Shown in pieces: positions 24,601-36,809 of a stretch of 64,000 nt of DNA (positions are counted from its first letter, which is position 1; each line of letters starts with the position of its first letter). Source of the stretch: Amoebophrya sp. A120 (Eukaryota; Protista; Dinoflagellata). The notes under the pieces were generated by a model. That model worked only from the letters and a program-made list of their open reading frames with translations, had not been told where the DNA came from and ran no database searches. Where the stretch lies: NCBI GenBank assembly GCA_905178155.1, contig CAJINV010000010.1:2240778-2304777 (forward strand), read 5' to 3'. Made by a program: the position numbers and the translations under genes.

Positions 24601-27418
24601 GGAAGGCTGGAGATTCAACATTTCGTCACCTCGGAAATTCTGCTGGAAAAGCAGCGCTGCCTCCTGGTCCTCGAAGAGTTTTTTGTTTGCCCTCAGCGTG
24701 ACCGCCTGCTGGATCCTCAGCTTCCGCTCCTCTCTTAACCTCTCCTGGGGGGACAGGTTCTTTGCGGTTGTTGCTGCGGATGATGATGATGATGATCCGA
24801 TGCTCAATCGCGCATTACTTCTACCGTCCGCCTCGGAAGAGGACGCGCCGGTTGAAGATGAGCCGTAATTACCACCAGCGGCCCCTCGCCGCCGCAGAAT
24901 CGTGTCGTCCAGCCGTTTCCAATATGGAATGCAAATATGTCTGCGTCTGGAAACCTGTGATGCTGCATTGCGCATGGCTGTAACGCTTCTTGCAATGGCA
25001 GCCAAGCATGACAAACTTTCGCTTTCTGCTGCATGACGCGCATGACAAATTGTCTTCTTGCAAAACAAGGCAAGCAGCTCATCTATTGCTGCTCATGCAA
25101 CACAGATTTTCATTTTCCAGGAATGCAAGAGACGCATTACAAGTTCCGACCTTCCAGACCCAGACATATTTGCATTCGATATCCAAGCGAGACAGTCAAT
25201 GTACAGGATCTGCCGGAACTTTTCAGGCAAGTGCCCGTGCGGGGACTCGATTGCGTTGGTCGTATGGATGTGTCAGGATTGAAATCGACAAAGTTGAAAA
25301 TGAAATAATTTGTATTGCATAAAATGGATGAAAGTTGTAACGCAGACTCCAAGTGACGCATGACAAATTTGGGTAGAGCCGAAATCCAGTTTGTCATGCT
25401 GTTTGGGTAAGGAAGACGCCTTTTGTCATGCTACTTTAGCAGCTCAGTTTCTACAACTCCTCAACAGGCTTACGATCTGCCTCACTTGCCTACTCTGCAA
25501 GACAGGCACTTTGTGGGCTGCAACTGCATTTTATGCATGACAAACTATGTATAATTTCAACTTTGAAAATTTCAATCCTGACACTCCCATAGGTCGGCTG
25601 CGACAGGTAGAACAGGAAGGTCAGCCAGGAAAACTGGAACAAAGCGGACAGAGGGATTAAAATCGTGTTCCAGATCGAGTTCCGGTCCGCGAGTAATGCG
25701 CACGTGTAGATCATGAGGATCACGAACACCACGCCGGTTTGCAAAACGGTTAACAAATACGACTCCCAGCGGTTCAAAACCAAATCCACCGTCGCGATTG
25801 CGCGGGACAAAAACGCGTAGAGTGCGCCGCACATCCACGCGAGCAGCCACATCTTCTGGAAAATCGCCAAGTAGGTGAGCAGGAAAAACGCGATCGCGTT
25901 CAGCATCATGTAGGTGCCGAGCGCGTTAGTCACGCGCGCGTAGGCGTCGAAGTGCTGCCAGTGTTTTTGCAGGATCCTGAAGATATCCAGGTGCGAGGTG
26001 CGAATCTGGAGTCTCGGACGCATCTTCTCGGTCAGTTCGGCCTGGTTCGTGGCTCTCGGGTTATTTCGACTTGTACTTCCCGCCATTCCACCAGGCATCA
26101 AAGATGAACCCGCTGTACCATAGTTCATGTTCATGCCCGGAACTGCTGCGCCCCCAGTGTTGACCGGTCCGCCCACGCCACCTCCGCGGTTCAAGTAGTA
26201 GTCTTTTCTCTCCGCCTCCTCTAGCCTTTCGTTGATGTAGAAATGCTCCAACGCGTCGGGCTCGTAGTGAAACGGGATTTCCGGTTTTGTCAACGCAGTT
26301 TTCAGTGCACTGGTCGTTTTGTCTACTAATCGACTTCCGTCGGCCGCTGTTTGCGGCGCTTTATTTTCCTTACTCTCCACCTCCGGACCTGCAGCAGGAC
26401 CCATGACGTTGCCGAAGAACTGTTTCAGGCGGGTCGCGAAGGGGATCCGCAGTTGTTTTCTCACATCGGTTTCCTCGAAATCCTGCAACCTTGCGCGAAA
26501 CGCGTCGATCTCCGTGCCGGTGGGCAAGTCGCGGACCTGTCGGGATTGCAGCAGCAGGGACAGACCGCAGCTGTGCGCCGTGATTGACGCGTGCATGGCC
26601 ATCCAGGTGGACAGCACCAGCATCACGATGCCGCCTGGGAGTAAGGATTTTGATAGTATTTTTCAATTTGTTTTATATACGACTACATGTTCGCGACTGT
26701 TTGTTGTTCCTACTTCTCACATGATGCTGCTTCGACTACATCACAGCAGCAGCAGCAAAGGACTACATCACGAAATCGAATACTAGAAAGAAGACATGAC
26801 TACCTATGTTCTAAAAGCAGTATACCAGTACCTGTAAAAGACAGCATGAAGGCCCAGGTCGAAAACGCGGGCATGTCCCCGGACGGCAGTAAAGACCCCT
26901 CGCCCAAAATCGCCATGATCAGCGTGATTTGGAGTGTGTTGGTCAGGATGTAATTGTCCATGCGGAGAATGTATCAAATGCAAAAGTGTCTGGGTCTGGG
27001 AGATTGCGAGACTTGTCATGCTGGTCTGGCATGACTCTGAACTCTGTGTTGCATGGCCGCGAAGAGCTCTTCCTTCCTGTCATGCAAAAACGCCGTTTGT
27101 CATGCGGAGTACGCAACTCAGAACCATGAAAAACTCTTGTCATGCTTGGCAGCGCATCATAGTGAGTTCACTATTCCCTTTCTTGCATCACAAGTTTCCA
27201 GACCCAGACTACATGTTTGCAATGCATAGAATGGTTAGGTCGACCATTTGGTTGATGTCATCGCGGAACAAAAATATCCACTCCCGACGCATCTGCTGCC
27301 GCTGGTGCATCGCCGATTGCTGCATCGTCTTGTCGAAGTTGTAGCAGTCCTGATTGTAGCCCCAGATCTGCTGCAGCGTTGCGCCCGCCGCCGCGGCCCC
27401 AACTGCGAGCTCCGCCAT
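18697..27418 (-). CDS. Multi-pass membrane protein of an uncharacterised alveolate-type family, paralog 1; 13 introners and 1 GT-AG intron
   Basis: All 14 junctions join in frame from MAELAVG to FQAE-stop. N-terminal motif WGYNQDCYNFDK..FRDDINQMVDLTILRMDNY, followed by several hydrophobic helices. Confidence 0.85.
19335..19544. mobile_element. Introner, family G
   Basis: TIR TAT-N5-GAAAAAAGTGTTACAGTTACACA; direct repeat CAGCA; frame restored. Confidence 0.9.
19586..19836. mobile_element. Introner, family A
   Basis: Direct repeat CAATA; frame restored. Confidence 0.9.
20643..20894. mobile_element. Introner, family A
   Basis: Direct repeat GGCGT; close copy of 256-507; frame restored. Confidence 0.9.
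21177..21455. mobile_element. Introner, family C
   Basis: TIR TATCCTGAGTAAAAACGTACCCACACCAGAGT; direct repeat TAGTA; frame restored. Confidence 0.92.
21502..21753. mobile_element. Introner, family A
   Basis: Direct repeat GACCA; inverted relative to 20643-20894; frame restored. Confidence 0.9.
21888..22149. mobile_element. Introner, family A
   Basis: Direct repeat CTTCT; frame restored. Confidence 0.9.
22595..22874. mobile_element. Introner, family C
   Basis: Direct repeat CGACG; frame restored. Confidence 0.88.
22936..23199. mobile_element. Introner, family A
   Basis: Direct repeat GCTTT; frame restored. Confidence 0.9.
23381..23632. mobile_element. Introner, family A
   Basis: Direct repeat TGCGT; frame restored. 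Confidence 0.9.
23725..24003. mobile_element. Introner, family C
   Basis: Direct repeat GGAGG; frame restored. Confidence 0.9.
24923..25181. mobile_element. Introner, family A
   Basis: Direct repeat TCCAA; frame restored. Confidence 0.9.
25263..25591. mobile_element. Introner, family F
   Basis: TIR TATGG-N2-GTGTCAGGATTGAAAT..AAAGTTGAAA; direct repeat GGTCG; frame restored. Confidence 0.88.
26635..26831 (-). other. Canonical GT-AG intron
   Basis: ACAG|GTACTG...CTCCCAG|GCGGC; gives SFTG-GIVML in frame. Confidence 0.85.
26972..27228. mobile_element. Introner, family A
   Basis: Direct repeat GAATG; restores DLTI|LRMDNY. Confidence 0.9.
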
Positions 27419-28528
27419 GGTGTCGTAGTCGCTTGAGGATCTATTACAGTTTTAAGCAAGTAGTTCTTACCGGGCCCTGCTACAGCTCTCCTGCGTGCAA
27501 AACACGCAAGCGTGCCGAGGACCGCTATGAGTCTACAACTCACTCCGGGTCGTGAGAGGTTGCTAAGTGCGGCCACCGTCCAGCGAAATTGCTATATGCG
27601 GAAACATTAAACCCCTCCGAGGTCCTCGCCGATCATGTGGTGTGCTGGGTCGCGGTCCTGCTCTTGCCGATGGTGCTGCCATGATGGTGTATGATGTCAC
27701 AGAGGTGGAGCTTTAGCTCATCTCATGTTGATCATGTGGTAAAAAGGTAAAGGTAGAGATAAAAATGGTGGCCATTTTTAACGCGATAGGAATGATGTTG
27801 AACACTGACATAGGTTAACTTAGAGATAGTGAGAGTTGTACACAGAGTCGCATATTACGCGGGTTCGTTGTCCTTTGCAGGGTGGTCCTCACAGTGGCAA
27901 TGAGAATAAGACTATGCAAGCACAACAGAATAAAAACTAGGATAGTAGTACTAATCCAGCAATAAAAATGTGCATAAACTTTAATTAAAGACTTCACACG
28001 TCGTGACGATAGTTCTAGTCCATAGCAGGCCCGCCTGTGAGAAATTTTTTCTTGCAAAATCATGTTGCGTTTGTTTTTTGTACAACGCGACGCGCTTCTA
28101 GAATAAAACGCGTTGTTCTTCATGATTTCAGGTCGTGGTGCAGTTTGATTCCTGTTCTACTTGTTAGCGCGGCGGTGGAACGGATTGATCTTTTTCGAAC
28201 GGTTGATAAATTTGGACGAAGCAATCGCACGAAAACCGACCAAATTGGGATACGGTTGTCCACGGATTTTATTTTGCACGAAAAACGAAGACACGAAACG
28301 GAGATGAAACATGGCAAGATAATGTTGAACAGATCCAGTACTTAATATCGTCGTCCCATTGGGCCGCCTGATGATTCTGCTCTCCAACGAGTTGATAGAT
28401 GACGGAAACAAGACAGCAAGAGCGAAAGCAGTGGACCAAGCGTGGAGGTCCATGGACAACTTTTACTTACTCACTATGAAAGTAGACAACATGTTTTTGT
28501 TCATTGAAAATTATACACTCTACTAGTA

Positions 28529-31500
28529 TTAAAACTGCAGACCCAAGTCCTTTTTCTCGTATTCAAAAAACGCCTCTCCCGCCATCGTCGCCCGTATTCT
28601 GGTCTCGGAGATTTCGCAGGCCGTCAGAAGCGGCGTCGTTTGGTAGATGAGGTTGAACTTTTCCGAGAAATGGTCGTACTCGAATAAGGACCCCGTTTCC
28701 AAAAGCCCCTGGATCACGTACTTCTTCCAGAATTCCGGATTCTGCGGGTCGACGATTGCATCCAAATCGGCTAGGTTTTTCATCGCCTTGTTCTTCCCTT
28801 TACCACCTCCGTACGCCCGCAACTGTGTCTCCAACACCTCCGGCGTCTTCTTCACGATCCAGAAATTGGCGATCGCAAACTGGTGGAAAAACTCCTGCCT
28901 TTTCTGTTTTGTCTTCGCGTCCCGGGTGGGGGGCTGCTGCGACTCGCCCATGGGAACGGCGCCGGACAGATCTCCCGCGTAGGGGTAGGCCACGTGTTGG
29001 CGAAGGTACAGCGAAAACTTTGGAAACAGTTCCAACAGTGGAACCAAAATTTTTTGCTGAGGCATGGTCGTCGTGGAAGAAGATCTTCGCGTCTTCACCT
29101 CGTCGTGAAGTTGTAGATCTGCTTCTGTGCTGTCGCTCGTAGTGGGAGTTTTATCTTCTTCCTTGTCCTTTATTCCCATCAAGTAGATGCTCGGGCCGTT
29201 GTTTCCGTTGTTTTTTTCCGTACTCGTGATCAGGAAGAATTCGTCCTGGAAAAGGTACATCGAAGCCGCCCGCAACGGCGTACTGTTCTCCAGCGTTCCC
29301 TTGATCTCGTAATTGGTCTCAACCACTCCCGTTTCCACATTGCACTCCGAGATTTTCCGGCCCTGGTCGTGAAGCGTGGATAAAAACACGACTTCTTCAT
29401 TCCTCGTCGCCGGTGCCGACACGTCGCCACTGTTGCCTGTTTCGTCTACAATAAGTCGTTCTTCTTTCCTAAATCCTAAACCCCCAATTCGGCTGACGAT
29501 TTTCTTCTGGCTTTGTGCGTAGAAAGAGTGCTTTCTCATGGAGTTGTCGCATTTTGTGTTCGATACCACTTCGAAGTCCGTCGCGATGGCGAAGAGCCGC
29601 TGGGGCTGAGAGAAGGATGGGGACTTGCTGCACCCCATCTGCGTAACTTTTGACGTGAGCGGAAACTGCGATGTTGACAGTAGCGGTGTAGACGGAGCAA
29701 CAGTTCCTGCGCTGCTTGCTGCGAATCGCTCGACCATGCTGGAGTCAATGTGAATGTCAAACAATGAAGCGTTGTCAAAATTATGACCCTGGAAGGTTCG
29801 TGTACTACTCCTTCCAGTTCCAGCTTCTGCACTTTGTTCCACGATGAATCTGCTCCCTGACCCTGACATCGTACTACTCCTACCAATAAAAGTAGATCTA
29901 TCCTCCTCGCTCCATGATCTGTCTTGGAGCTGCGCAAAGCTGCTGGTCTGGTGATCGTCAGGAGCTGCCACTGCTGCTTCCCCTCCCTGTTCTACTACTG
30001 CTCCCCACGCGTTTTTCCAGTTTTCATTCACCAGAACCGGTTTCACCGAATTGTCTACCTCCATTTCGGAAAACACCATCGCGGATTGGAAAACTTGCAA
30101 CACAAACGCCAGCAACAGGCACAGCAGGTACACGCCCACCAGAATGTTGTACATATGTAACGGCAACTTTCCCGCGGCAATCGCGCTGCGTTCCAGCGTC
30201 TGGATTTCCCCCGTGATATTCGGCGTCTCATACCGTGCGACCTTGCGCGTCCACCAACTGGCGAAGGGGTGCTTCACTTTCCTGACGAATTTGCACCCCA
30301 AGACCACACAGGGTCGTGCTGCAGTTGTTCCTTTAGCTGGTTGGCTTCTAGTAGTACTACCTTGAAGTTCTTCTTGATGTTCAGCATTTTTACCATCGTG
30401 TAGCTCTTTGTCGTCAACCACCACAACCTCCGCAGCGTCGATTTCCTTTTCCAAATTTAACAGATTGCTCACCAGCACTTCCACCTGATTGGGAAAGAAA
30501 TCTTGGCGGATGAGACCCGCTTCGGACGTTGATGTTCCGGATGGAATGGAGTACCGGATTTTCTCTCCTTCGTTGGAACAAACGTAAAAGTACAGTGGCG
30601 TGCCCGTGTTGGGGTCATAATACTCCTTTTCGATCCAGTAGGGCTTGCTCGAAGTAGAAGTAGATCCGCTGCTGTTTTCAGCCGTTGCTTTCGCGATTTC
30701 TGCTTCGAAATACTGCTCGTCGACGAGGAGCGCAAGGGGTTTTTGAACAACGTCCTGGTTTGCATTTGCTTCATTTCCGTCCTCCCTGTTCTCCCCCGCG
30801 GGGGCCACCGGCACCCGCAGCGATTGCTGCTCTAGTACTTCTTGCCCCACTCCTGTCAGAGCTGATCTTCTCCGCAACCCCCGTATTTTGTCGATCAAGG
30901 AAAGAATTTTCCACTTGCAGTATCAAGGTGAAAAAAGCGCCCACCCCATATCAAAACGGAAATCTGTGATGCGGGATTTGTGTACACAATTCACATTTGT
31001 CTTGCAGGAAAGCACTGCACGCAGATCGCCAGCCTAAGGGGGGGCCTTTTGGTGTAGGGGCCTAGCATGCCAGACGTCTGCCCTGTAGGCCTTGCGGCAT
31101 TACAAACCGCCTGCATATCGCGGCGGACTCTCTAGATTCGCCTTCTGGCAAGACAGACAGGATTTGGGGTCACAAATCTGCATCACAAATTTTCGGAAGG
31201 ACGTGTTTTCAATATGGGGAGGGGGGATTTTTCCTTGCAATATGCAGTTTTCGAGCAAAAACCGGTTTTCCTGCTCTTCTTTCCTCTCCTTCTCAACTTC
31301 CTCCTCCTCCGGGGTCAGCAACGCGTTGTTTTTCTCGTAATCCCGGATTTGTTGGGCACAGTAATTCTCGAACCCGCCGTCACTTAAATGGCTGCTGGGA
31401 GATATTTCGATTTCCTCAGACCCGGAATGGTTGGCTGTCGAGGTCGTGCTATCCGTTTGATCTTGAACTTCATCTTCTCTGTCTGGCTCTTCTTGGTCCT

Positions 31501-34500
31501 CTTCACTGTTTTTCTCCGCATTCTTCTTGTCGTTCCGCAACACAAATCCCGGTTCTGAATTTCGCAGTGTCTCGTCGTAACTGTCGAGGAAGAAAGAGGT
31601 CAGGGGAGCAGTGGAGTGCTGTGTAGTTGTTCCATGACGCGCAAACCTCCTGGAGAGCTTCGTGTCGCTGGAAGTTGTGCTAGAAGTGCTACTTTCGCGC
31701 CCATAATTCAAGGATTTTTTTGAATTTGCGGCTCTGGACTTGTCGTTTCTCGTCTCATTTGCACCGTGTCGTTGCAACTTCGGCGGGTTATATATCACCC
31801 GCAGCCACGCCAACAAATCGCAGTAGAGCTGGATCTGCTGTTTCAGACACTTTTCCAGAAGAACCACACCGTCTTGGTTTTTTGAGGAATCTTCGTCCTG
31901 AAGGAGCGTTGAAAAGTCGACGTTGTGTTCCTCCTCTTCATCTTTGCCAACTGCTGCAGGATGATTCCGTGCTGCACCACCACCGACGGCCGCAAAATCG
32001 GTCATTTCTATCTCACGAATACCCGATGGAGGAAGGTTTCTATCTCCCTCGACAACATTGCTATCCTGAAGAAACGTCACCGCTTTACCATTCCTGTTTG
32101 TTGGATGAACATCAATTTGAGATGATGAATTCACCCCCACACCTCCCACATCCGCCACACAGGCCGCCTTTCTTCTCCCCTCAGCGTCGACCACTTTTTC
32201 GCTGTCCACGGGCACTAGATCTTGGTCGGACAACACATTCCCGTAGGCCAAAATATCGACGAATGCCGTCATGCGGTAATTGTAGGGTAACTTCAACACG
32301 TATTTTTGCTCCGCATCCGACAGAATCCGCTCCTCGTGTTCTTTATCCCCACCGTCTCTCCTCCCCGTTTCGTTCCGCGTCGTGGGTTATGCGTTGCAAA
32401 TATGTCTGGGTCTGGGAGGACGCGAACTTGTCATGCTAAGTCTGGATCGTACAAAAATATGTGTTGCATGACTACCAAAAGCTGTCCACTTTTGAACAAG
32501 CTTAGAGGCAGTTTGTCATGCGGGTTTGGCATCATAGAGACGTCGAAGAAGCTGTCATGCCAGGTCCTGCATTCCAAACCTCATGGGGCATGGAAAATAT
32601 GCATGAGAAGTTTGTACTCTTCCAGACCCAGACATATTTTTTGCATTTGATATGGGTTGGGACAGAAAGAAAAACTGCATCACGAAGATGAACTGGAAAA
32701 GCGCGGGTAACGGCGTGAAGATTAAGTGCAGTAAGGACAGTGTATAGCTGTTCAGCAAGGGGTTATTCCCCGTGAACCCGTTCTTCTGGGCGGAGCTGTT
32801 GCACACTTTGAGCAGCATCGTCATCCAGTAGCTGAACATCATCAAAATCTGGCACGATTTGAAGCAGAACTGCCGGACCACGCTATTGCGAGGAAAAGTC
32901 CCCCCTTCCCATCTTGAAAACGCACTCGTCTGAAAATTTGCGATGCAGATTTGTGACCACAAATCCTATCTGTGTTCCAAGAAGGCGAACCCCGAGAGTC
33001 CGCCGCATTATGCAGGCGGTTTGTGATGCGGTTGGGCTTATAGCCTAGACGTTTGTCATGCTAGGTGCCTATGTCAAGACCCCTCGACTCAGGCTTGGCC
33101 TATGCCTGCAGTCCTCTACTTCTGCAAGACAGATCTGATTTGTGTACGGGAACCCAGCATCTGAAACTTCGTTTTGATATGGGGAGGGGGGATTTTTCCT
33201 TTTGGTACACGCTCCCGTAGTGAAAATCCATCGAACTCGACCAGGCGGAGGCGAACCCGATAAGCAGCGCGATAACCAAGCCAATCGCTGGGTGGGACTA
33301 TGAACTGCAAAACTATAATCGTACTAGTAGTAATTGCAATACAAATTAGCTCAGCATGACAAATGGAATTTGTCATGCTGTTTTACCTTGAGAACGAGAT
33401 TTGTAATGCATAAAATGCAATTACTACGAGTACGATGCTTTTGCACAGGATAGGGACTCGAAAAGCACGATGTCTGTGGTGAGGAAGAACCCGATGAAGT
33501 GCAGGAAAATGAGGAACCCTATCGCAAGAAAAAACTGCTTCACTGTGAACTTGTGATGCAGAGAACGAAGCACCAAAGTGTTTGTCTTGCTACACCTGGT
33601 GCAGGACATTGGATTTTTAACCGTGTTTTCCCTTGGAAAGCGCGCATGGCAAATTTTCCCTGTCATGTGTGACAGACTTGTGATGCAGATCTCGCAAAAA
33701 CACCACAGTGAAACAGTTTTTTCGTGGGATAAACCCGAAACACGACGCTATCCGCGCATAGACATCGTAGTAGAGGAAGTGCTGCTGCAAAATCCGGTAG
33801 GTCCGCAGGTGCCCGCGCTTCATGCAGATTAACTTACTGCCCGGAGGATTCGCGGAATCGCTGGCGAGCGTGGGGACTGGCGGGCGGGGGTTTTGCACTG
33901 CTTTTGATTGTGGGTTCAGTTGTCTCCTCCTTCGTCTATTGATCTTCTCTCTTTCAATGAACTCTACGTTTCTTTCGGGAACAGCGAACGCGTTTGTGTT
34001 CCGAGTCCGACGTCGAGATGAATGTGTTCTACCAACAAGGTCCAGGTCTTCTTCCTCACTGTCGGCATGAATTACCCGCGCACCACTATTCTCGCCATTT
34101 TGATCATCAGATTCAGAAGAAAAACCCGCTTCATCCGGTTGATCTTGATAGTTGCTTGATATCCCACCAACATGAATATCATTATCATCTGCGGCAAAGT
34201 CTGGTAATTGGTATTTTATCCTGTTCGCCGCAAATTTTTCGTACTCTTCATCCCGCAAACTGGTTAATCCCAGGTACCTTTTCCTCAACTCTCTTTCCAT
34301 ATTTTCGTTGAGCAGGTATTCGTCTATCGGATCGGGTTCGTAGTTGTATAGATCCGCTTCTTGTGCAGCATCGTCGTTGCCTGATGAGGACCCATGTAGT
34401 TGTTCTACTCCATTTGCGTCATCATGATCTTCCCCTGTACTACCGAAGACACCCGTCGTCGTCTCTCTTCCGAGGCCAGGACGAGTAGTCCTTCGAGATG

Positions 34501-35713
34501 AACGGCCCCCATTGATATGATCATTACCGCCTGCTCCTCCTCCAAACGTCGACCTGACAAACCTAGAGATCCTTCGCACGAAAGGGATGCGCAACTGCAG
34601 TTCCTTATCGGTTTCCTCAAAATCCTGTCCCCTGGCTCGCCCCCGATCGACGTCCACCCCCGTCGGCAAAGCCCGCAACTGCTTGCACTGCATCTGCATG
34701 GATAACCCGCAGACCTGCGCTATCCTGAGTAAAAACGTCCCCACCCCAGAGCTGTCATGCAAATGTGCAATGACAGGAGCATTTGTAATGCGCAGCGCCA
34801 TGAGAGGCATTTCTAACCGTGTTTTGACATTTGTGATGCTGTCAACAGGATGAGAGATTGGCCTTCTCATGCAGCTTCCCGTGCCAACGAGCCCTACACT
34901 ACAGAGGGAAAGTTGTCATGCACAGCTCCCAAAACTTGGAGATTTGTGTTGCTAGATCCCCATCTTGACTCTGGGATCAGGACGTTTTTGCTCAGGATAA
35001 GCGCCAGGATGCTCGCTTCGATGGCCAGCCAAGTGGAGAAGAGCAAGAAAGCGCTGGGCATGACGAAAGCTAGGACGTAGATGATCAACAAGGACTCACT
35101 CGTTGACTGCTGGTTCGTATCAAATGCAAAAATGTCTGGGTCTGGATCTGGAAACTTGTGATGCAAGACAGTCAATAACAAACGCACTGTAATGCGCCGC
35201 CAAGCATGATAAGTTTTTTCGTGCTTCTGTGCTGCATATTGCGCATGAGAAACTGTGTTTTTGCATGACAGGCGAGAGAGGCTGTTTCGATGGCCCTACG
35301 CAATACAGATTTAAGGGCCATGCCTGATCAGCATGACAAATCTCGCAATCTTCCAGACCCAGACATATTTGCATTTGATAGTTCATGAACACCGGGGGGG
35401 AGAGCAAAATCCCTCTTTTCGTGTTCTCGTCCGCGGGCAGGTCGTAGTAGCTGGAATTCAGCCACCGGAAGGTCTCGTGGACCACGGGCGTGGGGACCAG
35501 GGCGATTAAAGCAAGCATTTCCAGACTGTTCAACGTGATAAAGATGTCCATGCGTTTTACCGTCATGTGCCATAAGTTGTTGATGTCTTCCCGATACAGC
35601 TGCACCCACTCTTTGCGCTCCGCGGTTTTTTGAGTGATCGCGGCTTGTTGCATCTTCTTGTCGAAATTGAAGGCCGCCTGGTTGTACAGCCACATTTGGA
35701 GAAAATCGGCCAT
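28529..35713 (-). CDS. Multi-pass membrane protein, paralog 2 (tandem paralog of 18697-27418); 7 introners
   Basis: All 7 junctions in frame. Motifs shared with paralog 1: YNQ..NFDK.MQQ, STW.A..ASI.A..CGLS, LPTG, QDFEETD...QLRIPF, YEPD, ILQ.H...D.YAR, LSQPT, YETP. Confidence 0.85.
30921..31242. mobile_element. Introner, family B
   Basis: Direct repeat TGCAG; frame restored. Confidence 0.88.
32388..32652. mobile_element. Introner, family A
   Basis: Direct repeat TGGGT; frame restored. Confidence 0.9.
32884..33207. mobile_element. Introner, family B
   Basis: Direct repeat CACGC; right end GTA instead of ATA; frame restored. Confidence 0.85.
33299..33452. mobile_element. Introner, family H
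   Basis: TIR type TATCCTGTGCAAAAG.ATCGTACT; direct repeat GGGAC; frame restored. Confidence 0.88.
33520..33731. mobile_element. Introner, family D
   Basis: Direct repeat AACCC; homologous to 6374-6580; frame restored. Confidence 0.9.
34721..34999. mobile_element. Introner, family C
   Basis: Repeat TGCGC/AGCGC; frame restored. Confidence 0.88.
35118..35380. mobile_element. Introner, family A
   Basis: Repeat GTTCG/GTTCA; frame restored. Confidence 0.88.
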
Positions 35714-36809
35714 TTTCTTGGTCGTGCCGGGTTGTACTTAGTTTGTAGAGTAGGAAGATATTTTTATGATATAAATGAGAACTACGGTAACCAGGGCGAC
35801 GAGGTCGAGTTCAAGATCCTTAAAGATTGAAATAATCAATTTTCAGGGATAAAAATTGTACATAGCAATGTATAAACGCGGATGGAAGCAAGTGCAAGGC
35901 CATGGCAAATTACACTTCGAAATAAACTCCCCGTTCTTTGGGGTAAAAATGGGTCGTAGTCGTTGTATGTCGTGGAGCAGTAATGTGAGTCCGTAGCCTG
36001 ATTGACTGAGGAAAACAAAAAGCGAGACATTTCTTGTGGTTATGCCGATGGTGGATAAAGGCCCAACGACTACTGGATCAGAGAGAAGATCCTCCAAATT
36101 CATCTTCATTGGTTCACATTTCTTGTTTTTACACTGTCTGACGTGGTGCGTCTCAAGCTTATGGTCTCGACGCTGGAGTATCCTAGTTGTACCGATGCTT
36201 CCATTGATTCAGATCGCACGAACGACGAGATGTTCCGATGAATTTACGACATCGACATCGGAGGTGGGTCATAAATAAACAAATACGACGCACGCAGAGC
36301 AGAGATGAAAAGCACGAACGCAGGGAAAAGGTTGTACGAACGGGTCAACGATAACGAAATCTACTGAACGAGTCCGCGTGCGAAACGAGTCCGCGTACGA
36401 AAACGAAAAGTACGCTTCTTGTTATGCGTAAGATACGAATCCCAAAGTGATGTTGAACAGGCAACGAAAGAGACGACACGATACTAGTATCCCAGCATTC
36501 GAAATCAAAATGCACGCATCTATGGCAGTGCGTCAACGGTTGTACCTGAGAACTAGCCTGATCAATGTACCTTCGTGGGGCAAAAATGAGGACTCAGAAT
36601 CTTCACCCTCTAAACTCTACGTACTATGTATGAAGCCAGGTCGCCACACTAAGACGAACAGAGCAATGAGTAACTACCCTGAGCATGTGGCTTCGCAGAA
36701 GAACGCGTGGTGCTTCCCTAGCGATAGTATTCCGCTTCAAATCGACAGGAGCGACATTGTGGCTCTTACTTTTGCGCTCACGCAGCACAAACTCGGCATG
36801 AAAACAAAT

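Noticed and set aside
19335-25591. CRISPR-like array of recurring 30-bp repeats with unique spacers
   Set aside because: The repeats are inverted pairs bounding 200-330 bp elements, the spacers are in-frame exons of variable length, and there are no cas genes.
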